From the NCBI RefSeq assembly GCF_022539665.2, contig NC_081331.1:1-64000 (forward strand): 64,000 nt of DNA. Reading direction: 5' to 3'. Made by a program: the position numbers and the translations under genes. The notes under the pieces were generated by a model. It had not been told where the DNA came from. It worked only from the letters and a program-made list of their open reading frames with translations, and ran no database searches. This DNA comes from Daphnia carinata (taxonomy: Eukaryota). Shown here in pieces: positions 52,055-64,000 of this stretch (positions are counted from its first letter, which is position 1; each line of letters begins with the position of its first letter).

Positions 52055-53770
52055 ATGTCATCGACTACTGCCGTAAAGGTAGATGGCATCGAATTTGAGC
52101 GCAGTGATCTTTTGGGTTGCGGTGGCTTCGGTTCAGTGCATCGTGGTAAATTTAAAAGTCAAAGCGTAGCAGTAAAAAAAATTATGAAGATAAATGGCAA
52201 AAATAAGGTAGTTGACAACGAGTTAAAAATTCTGCAGCAGTTAAATCATCCCAATATTGTTAAGTTCGTCCACTACGCAAGCGATGCCGACTTCTAGTAA
52301 GATTATTACGTAATAGCATTGAATTAAAAAGAGAATTTCATATGATTTTTGTGATTCAGTGACTTTGCCTTGGAACTGTGCGACGCGTCATTAGATACGG
52401 TATTCCTAAATGAGGACGATCCTCGGAAATATAAAGGACCTGCATTACCAAATAATTTCGAGGTTTTCTCTCAAATAGCCACTGGTCTCAAACACATTCA
52501 TTCTGAGAACCTAATCCACCGGGACATTAAACCGGAAAACATTCTCATTTCTGTGAAACAAACTAAACAAGGGAATGACATAACGATCAAGTTGGCTGAT
52601 TTTGGATTGTCACGAAAAGTGAGTGACCAACGAACATTCACAATGAGTGAACTCAGAGGGACTCTAGTTTGGTTTTCTCCCGAAGAGATGGAAATCATGG
52701 GCAGAGACGTAAGCATTGAAAAAACTAAAGGCTCACACAAAAGCGACGTTTACGCAGAGGGCCTCTTATTCGGCTATATCCTCTTGAAAGGAAAACATAT
52801 CTACGGTGAAAATCCATATGATATTGTGGTGAACATGAAGCAGAAAAATTTAGCCAATATGAGTGGTAAGTTACCTCTTGAGGCAGAACATCTAACGTAA
52901 CCATAATAGTTAAATGTCTAAATCTTTTGAACAATAGAAATTCACCAGACACATTTAGCACGTAACTTAATAGAACAAATGCTGAACAACACACCTGATA
53001 CTAGAATTATATCTGAAGAAGTTGTTAATCAGCTTGAAGCCATAAATATCGAAGTAAGCAATTCACACAAGTTAAACACATTCTTCGTCAGTGAAATTTT
53101 AGTTTTCTAACAAAGGTTTTCCATTTAGCTTAGCGAAAAGGAAAAAAAGCTTCATCAGCTGTCTACATGTCCCACAACAGATTGTAGGAATAAAATCGAA
53201 TCTTTAATGCAACTCGGTGTCGACTTAAACGCAAAGGATGACGATGGATGGAATGCGCTTCATCTTTTGTGTTCTAACGATTCAAGCCCACATTTAATCC
53301 ATGCGATTCAACTCTTCATCGAACTCGGCATCGACAAGGACGCAAAGATCAACGATGGATCGAATGCGCTTCATCTTTTGTGTTCTAACAATTCAAGCCC
53401 ACATTTAATCGATGCGATTAAACTCTTGATTGAACTCGGCATCGACAAAAATGCAAAAACAAACTATGGATCGAATGCGCTTCATCTTTTGTGTTCTAAC
53501 AATTCAGGCCCACATTTCATCGATGCGATTAAACTCTTGATCAAATTCGGCATCGACAAAAACGCAAAAACCAACGATGGATGGAATGCGCTTCATCTTT
53601 CGTGTGAATACAGTTCAAGCCCACACATAATCGATGCGATTAAACTTTTGATTGAGCTCGGTATTGACAAAAACGCAAAAACCTTCTTTGGATGGAATGC
53701 ATACGATCTGAGTCGGCGCAATAAAAATCTTACAAACTACAACCTGTACGAAATCTTTAAAACCGGATGA
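52055..53770 (+). CDS. Kinase-ankyrin gene copy 2, intact; exons 52055-52296, 52360-52865, 52938-53053, 53129-53770
   Basis: Near-identical to 34094-35809 with a few substitutions (R>K, Q>P, K>E, G>D, I>T). Confidence 0.92.
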
Positions 53771-56311
53771 GGTGAATTTTCGTAGATATTATTTATGGTA
53801 TTTACATGGATGTCAAGGTTGTTTGGAAAGTCACAAAACGCGCTACGTTGCAATAAATGATATTCTCGGCAAAATATAGCTAACTACATAAATTGATCAA
53901 TCGCAAAGAGTATTCATTTCGAACTGTAATGTCAACGCATGTAAGTTAAATAAATTAACACTCGAAAAAAAAATAAGGTATTGGTCGATGGACTACCTCA
54001 CAAAGTAAGGCGCATCACATCAGCTATAACCAGATTAAGGCGAAACTTATAACCTAAGTGAATGGACGTGTTTGAGGAGACGTAACGAAAAATTGATCCC
54101 TTTCTTTTAGTAATTACTTCCTTGATAAGGAAACAACTAGTTGTTTTCATCCTCTCCTCTCGATCATTCCCTTGCCTATTATTGCAACCATAATAAGAAA
54201 TATTTTTGCTTTGCACAATTAAACGTAAGCATTAAACTGTCTAACTTGTCTGCGGAAAACAGCTTTCTCCGTTTGCTAAGCCAACTGTAAAAAGAACGAC
54301 CACACGTCCACCAACACAACTCTGTTATGGTTGGACACCGCCAGTTTGGGAGAAACATGAGTCATTCGGTGAAACTGGTGTTATGCATATGAGAACTAAA
54401 GGGCGATCCATTTCTATATCAACAACACGAAGCCAAACGGTATGTAATGTGGCATTCTAAAACGCCGACAATTATTCGCAATAGTTAATGAAGTTGAAGC
54501 AAACATATTAGGGGCGTAAAATTATCGAGGAATGCAGCCTTAACAGGGAAAATGAGCGTGAAATTTCAACAACAAACACATAGCCACAATATTAATTGAA
54601 ATTTGCGAAAATCCAATAAGTAGTGTCGTAAAGGAAACCGACTCAACTTTGTTCCTAATCCATTTACATAATACAGAGTGCAACGAAGGATGGAAAGCGC
54701 TCCTCATTTCGTGGCAAACCGATCAAGCGGCTTGAAAAGGAACGGAATGGATGATAGGTCTGTGCTTTGTCACGATAGAATAAACCTTCACTTAAAATAT
54801 TTGTTTGTAAAAATCCGAGGAAAACGCACAAAAATCTTGAGGAATTTGATACTTTATACAATCTAACGCACGAGCATAGCTCTAAAGATTTGCAATATGT
54901 AAAGCCCTAACACAAAAACTTACCTGGAAATGCACCATATATAGTTTTCGTTGAAAGAGGGTAATCTGCTGAACACCACACACATTTGAGATTTCAACTC
55001 TCTCCGCTTTAAATGATGAACTGCTTTGTGGCCCATTGTCAACTGACGTGTAAACATTCGAGCACTGATGGACAATCAGCGTGTGGTATGACGATGTTTC
55101 CATGGTTTAGATCATTGGCCGGTTTCAAAACCAAGTTTGCCAGTTTCATCAGCAGAACTTGCTGCATTCAGCAACAAACTATGCAAAAAAAAAATAGGCA
55201 AATAAAAAATCATCATTTAGTGAAAAAGAACGACATTATAAATATTTACCTTAATACTACAGGTTAACAAATGATTTGCAGGTGACTCTTCATTTCTAAA
55301 ACATTTCCCCTCGCAACAAGCACATGTTGCAAGCAATATTGATCTAAAATTCCAAGTTTCTTATGACGGCCATGAACCGAAAAGTATTGAAATCATCTTG
55401 CAAGCCTAGCCAAATGACCCACGCTCTGCCTGAGATGCAACTGTTTTTAGGACAGAAATGTAAAAATTTGCTTTCGTGTCAATAGACACGAATTGTATAA
55501 ACCAATTACGTCATTGATACTATGCCAAATGTTCTTATCGGCTTTTGTGTACTGCAAAGAAGAGGTGACAACGCTCTCACATATTGGCGAAGAAGCAAAA
55601 GGAAAAGGTGAATGGTTTTGGGACATAAATTCAATACCGCACATTGTCGCACTTCACCAGAGCAGAGACTAAAGCAAGAAGCACTATAGCAAAGCTGAGA
55701 ATTAAAAAATTAAAAAATAGGCGTTTCATCACACAGCCGCCATCTATGGGTAAAAAGACAAACCTTACGTCACAGCCGGGGCGGGTTTTTCATCGATTTC
55801 CATGACCGCTCAATCGAGATTTAAAAAAACAAATTCTCGTCGCCAAGGCGATGACAGTGTGAAAACAAACCGATATAAATCTTGGTCTCTTAGTGAAGAG
55901 TAGAGCTTAGATTTGATCGGTGCTAATCTCAGTTGTCTTTCGTCGATGCTTTAATTCAATAGTTTTACAGTAAGTGAGGTGGATTTACATATGTAAGTAC
56001 ATTTTCAATTATTAGATTTTTTTTTTATTACTGCGGATACCAATAAATTCAAATGAACCCATATACAAAAAAAAAAATGAGTAACTAGCAAATAATGGCA
56101 CACGGGGACCAACAAGAAAGACGCCAAATAAATGAATGGCATGCCTGTTTCACAAAGATAACACCCACGAAATTTTTTCTACAAACACTTCAGGCAATAA
56201 AATTCTAACCCTTTCAAGTTGGTCTCGATAGGGTATAATTTCCTATTTCAGTAAGGCACTCGGGCGGCGACCAGCGAACAAAGTGCCCATGTAAGGTCTA
56301 GCCGGATATGT

Positions 56312-58923
56312 TCAGGTTGATTTGGCTTTCGACACATTTGCTCTGGTGTGATTACCAACTCCTGCTGCAACCTGCGTTCCCATCGTTATATTAGTCATTC
56401 GTTGAGTCACTTGTTCCAATCCCGATCCTGCCATGATTAAGTACAGCAGCCGGACAGCCTACAAATAGGACGAGATGATTGATGGAATTGAGCAATATAA
56501 ATTTACCAAAATTTGTGTGCACAACTTAAGACCTACACTGGAATTCCTTTCGAGCTGCAAACGACTCAGAAGGGATTAAGGAGTCACAAATATATTCGAA
56601 TAATTAATGAATGCTTACATTTTCCCCAATTGCTTCGGCTATGAAATCGATCACCGTTCCAATAACCCGCATTCTTCCTGAATATCTGCGAACACGAAAG
56701 CACACACTTAAAATATGACATGATGCATAGTTTGTAGAACTTTTGGAATTACTGGAGGTTAGTTTACAAGGTTAAAACCTAGGTAGGATTGGGAGCTAAA
56801 AGTTGATGTATTCTTCTCGATCAAAGGAGTTACATTTGATCAAAGCTCTTTACGTATTACGAAACTTCTGTAAAAAGTAACATAAATGAATAGGCTAGTT
56901 TAAGTAAACCAAGACCCCAAGCCCGAAAAACCATTTAAAAAAAGGGAGAAGTATCACTTCAGCGTTAAATAATATAAAGACGTGGAGGAATAAAAGTGTG
57001 TTAATTGTCGCAAACCAAGAAAAAGCTTTCGAAGGGGCCGAAAAGTATTGCAAAAAGAAAAGAGAAATGTGCGCCTCACCTGATATAAACCCATGTACAG
57101 AGAGTCACCAGAGTCAAGACCCTCATGAGGTTGGCTAAGTTGGCCAAAGGATATAGGCCCAGTAAGCCTAGGATCCAAGACACAAAACCGAAAACGATTA
57201 CAAACACAAACAAAGTAACTGGCGTTTTGTATGCTTTAGAACTATTTTTGCTTTCGTTTTGCGTTCGATAGTGGCTAAACAGCTCTTCGATTTCCTAGAA
57301 ATACAGAGAAGTTCAATTTAGGAACCGAAAAGGCCGAGAAAATACCAATGAAGCATACCTGCTCTAACCGTTCTTTGTACTTTTCTGAGAATTCTGCTCC
57401 GCCCATTTTCCTACGTCCTTGAAAGTGTTCAATAGCTTTATCTTTTACGCGCATATGTTCGTCTTCCAATGCATTGGAACTCATAAACGGTTTGTCTCCA
57501 CCACAAATAGCTTCCATTGAAGACGAATAAACTTCTCTAGCACCCTCAACAGCTTGAAGAGATAAACTTTATCATTAGTCCATAGCACAAAATCGGTCCC
57601 TTACGTCTACTTACCCGAAAGATTGTTGACATCCGCATTTGCCTGCAAAGAAAAGTTAGATATTGACTTTTTTCAGCTCGCACGATTATTGCAGAAACAA
57701 CAACATTACATTACCTCATACACAGTTTTGGGTACAGGTAATTTACCACTCTTGAAAATGGCCATATAAGATTGGAAGTAATGAAGCAATTCTTTGGCTC
57801 GAATACGATTACCACCAATCTGTTTGACGACTAAATTTTCTGGCGATAGAAGTAGTGGGACCAATACTTTCAATTGCTCCTTAAAATCGGGTTCGATGTC
57901 TATAGAAAAATGAGAGAACGGTGACATTTGCCCTTGAAACATGGCAGTAATCACATACCAGTTAATCGACCATCGAAGTTCTGATTAGTGGCTACTTTGA
58001 GTCCAGGATGGGGCATTAGAAAGCACGAGATATCCGTAAAACAGGCACGGATACGCTTGCGAAGAGTTTGAAGCTCGGGATCCTGCTTGTCCGAGATCTG
58101 CAACCTTCGTTCTAGAATAGACTTTCCGCCTACTTCTCCATAGGAAGCTTCGTAAGGGAAGCTCCAATCTCGTACTAGAAACTCCAACTTTTGGAAGGGG
58201 ACATCTCCCGAATCTTCCAACGCAAGTCGCCCATATTCGGTAAAAAACTATGTGGTATAAACAAAAATAACAGTATTTGTTTATGACATAATGAAAATTT
58301 GTATATTACTTGTAAATGTTGCAAATCATCCTCCTGTATATTTTGGGAGAGATTGTAAACTTGAACACTACTGGTCATGGTGCTAAGTGCAAACATTGTT
58401 GCATAGTTTTTCACAGGGCTTTGGCAGTCAAATGCCCCTTGAGTATCTAATAAAAGAACAGCAATCTAAAATGGAAAGATTTTTGTCCATGAAAATCCAT
58501 TTAAATTTAAACTGCACAAATTGAAAAACCCACTTTCTCTCCATTAGGAGCATCCACCATAAAAACTTCAGACCATGCAAGAATTCCAGTGGTATCTCTT
58601 TCACAACCTCCTCTCCAGGAGAAGCCTCTCAGTGGGCGATCTTCTGACCCAAGCCAATCAGGGGAACCCTAAAAAAACCACAAAAATTAGTTGAGCTACC
58701 AAAAGTAAGGCCTCTACTATTTTTATACATTCGCTTTCAGATAACGTAGGAAGAAATCAAGAAGAAAAGATTTTCCTTTCCTAAATACTCCTGCAACAGA
58801 TATAACTGCAATATGTTTGTCTTTCACATGTTCCTGACAAACAATGTTAGCTAGGGCTTCTTCATCCAATTCAAATGTATGGTCTTCTTTAGCCACAACA
58901 ATCTGTACAGGCCTGCCTTCCAT
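56312..58923 (-). CDS. Atl: Atlastin copy 2, apparently intact multi-exon gene with a TM hairpin and C-terminal tail
   Basis: G1-G4 motifs are present. The TM exon is uninterrupted ([54 protein letters not shown]). Stop at 56312-56314. The 5' end is uncertain. Confidence 0.88.
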
Positions 58924-59494
58924 TCCTAACAAAACGATAGAAAATTTAGTATGGCAAAAAAAATCCTATGAAACTGCCCTAGATATTCCATGGAAGATGG
59001 TAGGAACAACACAATAAGTGAGATGAAATTGTTGGCTAGGTTAATGTATAGTTACATGTAGGAAGTATAGGGGGAGGATGAGTGGTTTGAGTTTTCATTC
59101 ACTAGCTGTTTTACTTGTACCATATTGCCCAACAGGTATTTTTTTCTCAATTATTATTTTGGGCCCTGAACAGTTATAGGGTATTTCAAAGTTTCATTTG
59201 TCACATCAGGAAAATACAATATTCGAAGTAAAAAACCAAAAAGAGATACTAAATGCATAACTTGGCGTAGATTATCTAAATCTAAGTCACGATAGTCATT
59301 ATATGTTAATAAAACTACTATGACTATAGGCGGAAATCAAAGTTACCAGAGAGTTTTTCTGTTTACAATTCGATCACCCACTTTTCACTTCATCAAAATC
59401 CAGCAGTAAAAATAGTTGAACGTTTCTCGTCTTCCTCTCTCGAAGAAATTGTAAATTGGGGCAGTTCTCTTCTGCACGAATGGCCTCACTGGAT

Positions 59495-59563
59495 CATAGA
59501 TAAAGACGACTTATAGATAAGATAATACGACGATAGATATTAGATAAGTCGTCTTTATCTATG
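59495..59563. mobile_element. 69-bp P-like MITE, duplicated with the cassette
   Basis: Same TIR and ACTGGAT TSD as 47311-47379. Confidence 0.85.
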
Positions 59564-59656
59564 ACTGGATGCAGCTGACGTACTAAATATTTTAAACTGA
59601 CATTTCTACAATTTTTGTTAAACGTATTTAACCCTCTACGCGTACTATAAATTCTA

Positions 59657-60018
59657 GGTGGAATCTATTGCTCCGAAATCTTTCGGAACAATAACGGCAT
59701 TTTCCCCTATTGTTCCGAAATGTTTCGGAGCAATACGGGCTTTTTTCACTATTGCACCGAATCATGTCGTTGCAATCAGTGGCTTTATTCCCTATTGCAC
59801 CGGAATGTTTCGGAGCAATAAAATCATTTTTCCCCTATTGCACCGAAATATAAAAATTGGTATCCTACTAATATACTATAGTAAAACTGATTATTGCTAA
59901 TTAAGATTTATATTATAACTAAAATTAAACAGACAAAAATATACGTAATTTTTTTGGGTGTGAAAGTGCCCAATTTTAAATGTTTGCTCGTGTACAGTGA
60001 AAGCTGCTTTGTAAAGGT
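59657..60018. mobile_element. Left end only of the MULE-like long-TIR element
   Basis: Matches 47473-47832 and then diverges; no right TIR follows. Confidence 0.85.
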
Positions 60019-60110
60019 CACATTTAATATAAAGTCACATTTCCTTATTTTTCTTATGCACGGATTTTTTTTACGTGTTCCATTGTGGCTTTCCATTTTT
60101 ACCTAACCCC

Positions 60111-63100
60111 ACGCAATCCTATCAAGAGAATAACAACTGGCTGATACGCCCGAGCTTATCTTGAAACTAAACAAACAAATGTACGGGAAACAAATCCAAA
60201 CCAAACAGAAATGCTATTATCTGGCTGAACTTTGGTTGAGGTAAACAACTTGTCAATAAAAATTGCGAAACGTGCATTAAAATTAAAGAACCAACGCGTC
60301 TTATCTCGAGGCAACGTTGAGTTTGTTTGCTTCAGCTAAACACATCCATTCTACCCGTGAGATGGGAAAAGTTATATAAATCACCTTCTGACATTTAGGA
60401 TTTGGTGATAATGTTCATCGTGGCAAATAAGCTGGGAAAATGCGAGTATTGAATTAAGCATTTACGGGGCAAATAATTTGGACTGAGATAGCACTGCTGT
60501 ACATGGATTACGTCTTGCGCATTTTGTACTCAATTCGAGTGCGGCCGAAAAGAAGACTGAATGCCGTTTGAAAGAAGAGTTATATTAATTAGCGACTTCG
60601 CCGGTGCCTCGCTTTTAATGATATCTTTCATGAATCTGGTTGCGCTAGTTGTCCTCCATCTTCAACAGCTGCGTCTAAGGTAATCAGTGTTGGCTTTATT
60701 TGGACCGGATCAAACGAGGCAGCGAACTGAGGATTCATTTGTGCCAAGCCGATGGTGTAATTCGCCCGCGGCTTTGTCACGCGGCTTTAAGCAAAATTAT
60801 TTCCAACGGGTTTACCGAAAACAGTTGTAATTTCAAGTTGTTTTACCTTCCGATTGGCGTCACCTACAGCGCCAACAAATATAATTTAATAAATATCCCA
60901 TGTCCATTATAGAAATAAAGCAGACGATATTCACAGCATATTTAGATGAAAAGCAAGGAAGGGGGGAAGCTTCAGGAAAGATAACGAGAAAGTAATGCGA
61001 TAAGGTATACGTGTCGAAAGTGAACAGTGCAGAGGGCAATTAGTAAAACTAGGATAAAATGTTTTACACGCAGAAAGCGTTAAAAGAAACGATTGAGATA
61101 CACTGAACGAATTATTAATTCGATGCAGATCATTTGACTAGCTCTCGTCAACAAGAAAAACGTCCTGTAAAAATGATTTAAAGTAATTTTAAGGAGCAAA
61201 TGAAAAAGCCTTGCTGACATGAATGAAAGAGGAACATTCACAATGAGTGGAGTCAAAGGGACTCTAATTTGGTTCTCTCCCGAAGAGATGGGAATTATAA
61301 TGGGCAGAGACCTACGCATTACAGAAATTAGAGGCTCCATCAAAAGCGACGTTTACGCAGAAGGCCTCGTCTTCGGTTATATTCTCTTGAAAGGAAGACA
61401 CATCTACGGTGAAAATCAATATGATATTGTGACGAACATGAAGCAGAACAACCCAGCCAATATAAGTGGTAAGTTACCTTTTGAGGAAGATTATATAACG
61501 TAACCATAATAGTTAAATGTCTAAAATTTTTGGAAAATAGAAATTCACCAGAAACATTTAGCACGTAACTTAATAGAAAAAATGCTGAATAACACACCTG
61601 ATACAAGAATTACATCTGAAGAAGTTGTTAATCAGCTTGAAGCCATAAATATCAAAGTAAGCAATTCACACAAGTTTAACACCTTCTTCGTCAGTGAAAT
61701 TTTAGTTTTCTAACAAAGGTTTTCCATTTAGCTTAGCAAAAAAGAAAAAAAGCTTCATCAGCTGTCTACATGTCCCATAACAGATTGTAGGAATAACATC
61801 GAATCTTTAATGTAACTCGGTGTCGACTTAAACGCAAAGGATGACGATGGATGGAATGCGCTTCATCTTTTGTGTTTTAACAATTCAAGTCCACATTTAA
61901 TCCATGGGATTAAACTCTTGATCGAACTCGGCATCGACAAGGACGCAAAGATCAACGATGGATCGAATGCGCTTCATCTTTTGTGTTTTAACGATACAAG
62001 CCCACACTTCATCGAAGCAATTAAACTCTTGATCGAACTCGGCATCGACAAAAACGCAAAAACCAACGATGGATCGAATGCGCTTCATTATTTGTGTCGA
62101 AACAATTCAAGTCCACAATTAATCGACGCGATTAAACTCTTGATCGAACTCGGCTTCGATAAAAACGCAAAAAACAACTATGGATCGAATGCGCTTCATC
62201 TTTTGTGTTATAACCATTCAAGCCCACATTTAATCGACGCGATTAAACTCTTGATCGAACTCGGCATCGATAAAAACGCAAAGGACAACCATGGATCGAA
62301 TGCGCTTCATCTTTTGTGTTCTGACAATTCAAGCCCACACTTAATCGATGCGATTAAACTCTTGATCAAACTCGGCATCGACAAAAACGAAAAATCCGTC
62401 GATGGATGGAGTGCGTTTCATAATTTGTGTTATTACAATTCAAGCCCACAATTAATCGATGCGATTAAACTCTTGATCGAACTCGGCATCGACAAAAACG
62501 CAAAAACCAAATATGGATCGAATGCGCTTCATCTTTTGTGTCGAAACAATTCAAGCCCACATTTCATCGATGCGATTAAACTCTTGATCGAACTCGGCAT
62601 CGACAAAAACGAAAAAACCAACGAGGGAGCGAATGCGCTTCATTATTTGTGTCATAACAGTTCAACCCCACATTTAATCGATGCGATTGAACTCGTGATC
62701 GAACTCGGTATCGACAAAAACGCAAAAACCAACGATGGATGTAATGCGCTTCATCTTTTGTGTGAATACAGTTCAAGCCCACACTTAATCGATGCGGCTG
62801 AACTCTTGATCAAACTCGGTATTGCAAATACGTAAAGCCCTCCTTCTTTTGATGGAATGCATGGATTTGAGCCGGCGTAATACAAATCTAGCAAATTGTA
62901 ACGTGTACGAAATTTTTAAAACCGGATGAGGTGAATTTTCAAAGATATTATTTATGGCATTTACAAGGATATCAAGGTTGTTTGAAAACACACAAAACGC
63001 GCTACGTTGCAATAAATGATATTCTCGGCAAAATACAGATAACTATATAAATTGATCAATCGCAAAGAGTATTTATTTCGAACTGTAATGTCAACGCATG

Positions 63101-64000
63101 TAAGTTAAATAAATTAACACTCGAAAAAAATAAGGTACTGGTCGATGGACTATCTCACAAAGTAAGGCGCATCACATCAGCTAGAACCTGATTAAGGCGA
63201 AAGTTATAACACAAGTGAATGGACGTGTTTGAGGAGACGTAACGAAAAATTAATCCCTTCTTTTAGTAATTACGTCCTTGATAAGGAAATAACTAGTTGT
63301 TTTCGTCCTCTCCTATCATTGCAACCACGATAGAAATATTTTTGTTTTGTACAATTAAATGGAATCGTCAAACGTAAGCATTAAACTGTCTAAGTTGTCT
63401 GCGCAAAACCCTTATTGAAAACCATGGATTCCGCACAACACCATTGGAGTAGCCTAATTTCACTTCTCTTGAAATATCAACTAAAGCAAATTTTTGCCAG
63501 AGTCAAGTGAGTATTAACTGCTAAATGCACTTGATTGTGGAGAGTAATGAAAAGGACACTATAGATGAAAGATCTGTGCTATGTCACCATTGAATAAGCC
63601 ATCACTTAAAATATTTGTTTGTAGAATTTTGAGGAAAACGAACACAAATAAAAAAAAGGCAATGTGATACCTCATACAATCTAACGTGCAAGCACAGCTC
63701 TAAAACTTTGTAAAATGTAAAACCCTGATACGAAAACTAACCTGGAAATGCTCCACATAGTCCTGTCAAACAACAGCAATCTGCTAGACACCACACACAT
63801 TTGAGAAGTTGTGCAACATGGTCACCAATGAGCTGGTTTGTTATTCATCGTAAGCTGACGTGTAAGCAGTCAACCACTGACGGCCAAGCAGCTTTTGGTG
63901 TGACGTTTCCAACATTTAAACTGTTGGCCAGGTTCAATCCCTTCGAGTTTTAAAACCAAGTTTGCCAGTTTCATCACCAGGATTCATTTCATTCAGCAAC
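60111..64000. repeat. Segmental duplication unit 3 (partial, internally deleted, more diverged; runs off the window)
   Basis: 60111-61218 matches ~32770-33878. 61219 onward matches the kinase 3' half, the ankyrin exon and the downstream flank. Confidence 0.9.
61219..62928 (+). pseudogene. Kinase-ankyrin copy 3: 5' deleted (start codon through DFG missing), CAA>TAA at 61813, with 9 full ankyrin repeats
   Basis: The upstream flank gccttgctgacat is joined directly to the activation-loop region. A premature stop precedes the ankyrin array, and the tail is frameshifted. Confidence 0.88.

Larger units (their letters stand above)
49538..59656. repeat. Segmental duplication unit 2
   Basis: Near-identical to unit 1 from the kinase start codon onward and more diverged upstream. 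Confidence 0.93.

Overview
AT-rich animal genomic DNA with short (~60-90 nt) GT-AG introns. Intron size and the kinase-ankyrin family suggest a Daphnia-like crustacean; this is inference. The window has three zones. (1) 1-14.9 kb: two abutting satellite arrays (140/160-bp and 177-bp monomers), the second interrupted by a 1.1-kb TA-duplicating TIR element. (2) ~15.9-32 kb: a diverged ~16-kb palindrome centred on a (CCCATAT)n array. Each arm carries a ~12-unit exon/intron-like module array, an intron-containing Rpn5/PSMD12 pseudogene and degenerate tRNA-like pieces. (3) ~32.3-64 kb: a tandem segmental duplication of a cassette containing a Ser/Thr kinase-ankyrin gene (+) and an atlastin gene (-). 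There are two full copies and one partial copy, with MULE-like long-TIR ends at the junctions. Atlastin copy 1 is interrupted by a 5.8-kb CMC/EnSpm transposon whose spliced transposase looks intact. All alignments were done by eye, so boundaries marked ~ are approximate and identities are qualitative.
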